Shown piece after piece: positions 63,246-64,000 of a stretch of DNA of 64,000 nt. The position numbers were made by a program, and so were the translations under genes. Location: positions 6,562,708 through 6,626,707 of the forward strand of contig CAVNZM010000017.1 in NCBI GenBank assembly GCA_963693365.1. The letters are read 5' to 3'. Below the pieces are notes generated by a model. The model saw only the letters and a list, made by a program, of their open reading frames with translations. It was not told the DNA's origin and ran no database searches. The stretch comes from Amoebidium appalachense. Lineage: Eukaryota; Protista; Ichthyosporea. Numbering within the stretch: position 1 is the stretch's first letter; every line of letters begins with the position of its first letter.

Positions 63246-63720
63246 CTGTGCACCAATCAGGTGTCAGAACCACGAGCCAAATACGGCAGCTATGGAACTG
63301 GGAGGCTGGAAAATTGGCATGGGTATGCCAAATATACCAGTGGATAGTTAATTAAAGGCGAGAGGGGGGGGGGGGGGGGGGGGGAGAAGAGCCCAGCACA
63401 CAATAGCAAGTAAAAAACCCTGCCAAAAGCAATACGCGCAGCAGCAATATTGAGAAAGCCACACACACATTAGCACATGAACAAAAAGAACGACTCCAAA
63501 GGTCAATTTTCAACACAGTACCCGTCTGCTCAGACCTTTGAAAAAAAGGGGGTGAGGAGGGGAGCGGGTGGATATGGCGGGTAGGTTTGTGTGAGCGTGC
63601 GCACATGGGTGGGTGGGTGGGCCGGGGATGGTTGGGGAAGGGGAGAGGGGGGGGGGGGGGGGGGGGGGGGGGTGAGGGGGGGGGGGGGAAGGTGCATCGC
63701 GAGGAGTGCACAGAACAAAA

Positions 63721-63852
63721 GGGCGTGTTTGGCAGCCGAAAATAATCGTATTCGTGTCATTTCGCGAAAAGACAAATAATCGTGTTTATAAAATAATTTT
63801 GTGGTATGCGTATTTAGGGGTAATGATACGCTTATGGCTTACCAAACACGCC
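63721..63852. mobile_element. Second Tourist-like MITE family
   Basis: TIR GGCGTGTTTGG ... CCAAACACGCC followed by TAA, with an AT-rich interior of ~130 bp. Confidence 0.7.
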
Positions 63853-64000
63853 TAAACACGCTCCCGCTTCGATATCGACACAACATCTTGATACGACACA
63901 GGAATGCAAAATACCACCGTCTGTACGATTTCATTGGTAGTCTATCGACCAATTATAAATTAAAATGGCTTAAAGCGATCCGATTGGCTAAAAGTTATAT

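Overview
Eukaryotic, intron-rich genomic DNA. The gene content (CHERP, EPS15 with DPF/UIM, MED28, CMC4) suggests a unicellular opisthokont or holozoan, which is an inference. Introns and intergenic DNA are saturated with poly-C/poly-G and (CA)n/(GT)n/(CT)n microsatellites, so most ORFs in the supplied track are repeat artefacts and real genes had to be spliced by eye. In order, the window holds: a C2H2 zinc-finger gene (+); a palindromic 20-bp minisatellite; the 3' exon of a low-complexity gene (-) with a diverged duplicate of its 3' end; a DIRS-type retroelement fragment (RNase H + methyltransferase); a 5'-truncated non-LTR retrotransposon; a two-exon orphan gene; CHERP (-); an EPS15-like EH-domain gene (+); two more LINE 3' fragments lying tail-to-tail; a prokaryote-like LOG/SLOG gene (+); CMC4 (-) head-to-head with MED28 (+); and the 3' part of a bacterial/mitochondrial-type AsnRS (-). 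Three observations stand out. (1) Many splice sites are built out of mutually complementary microsatellites (GT/G-rich 5' ends, CA/C-rich 3' ends). (2) A ~160-bp repeat family was found only in introns and always on the host sense strand, with B-box-like and C/D-box-like motifs. (3) A LINE carries a (CA)n microsatellite inside its own 3' UTR.
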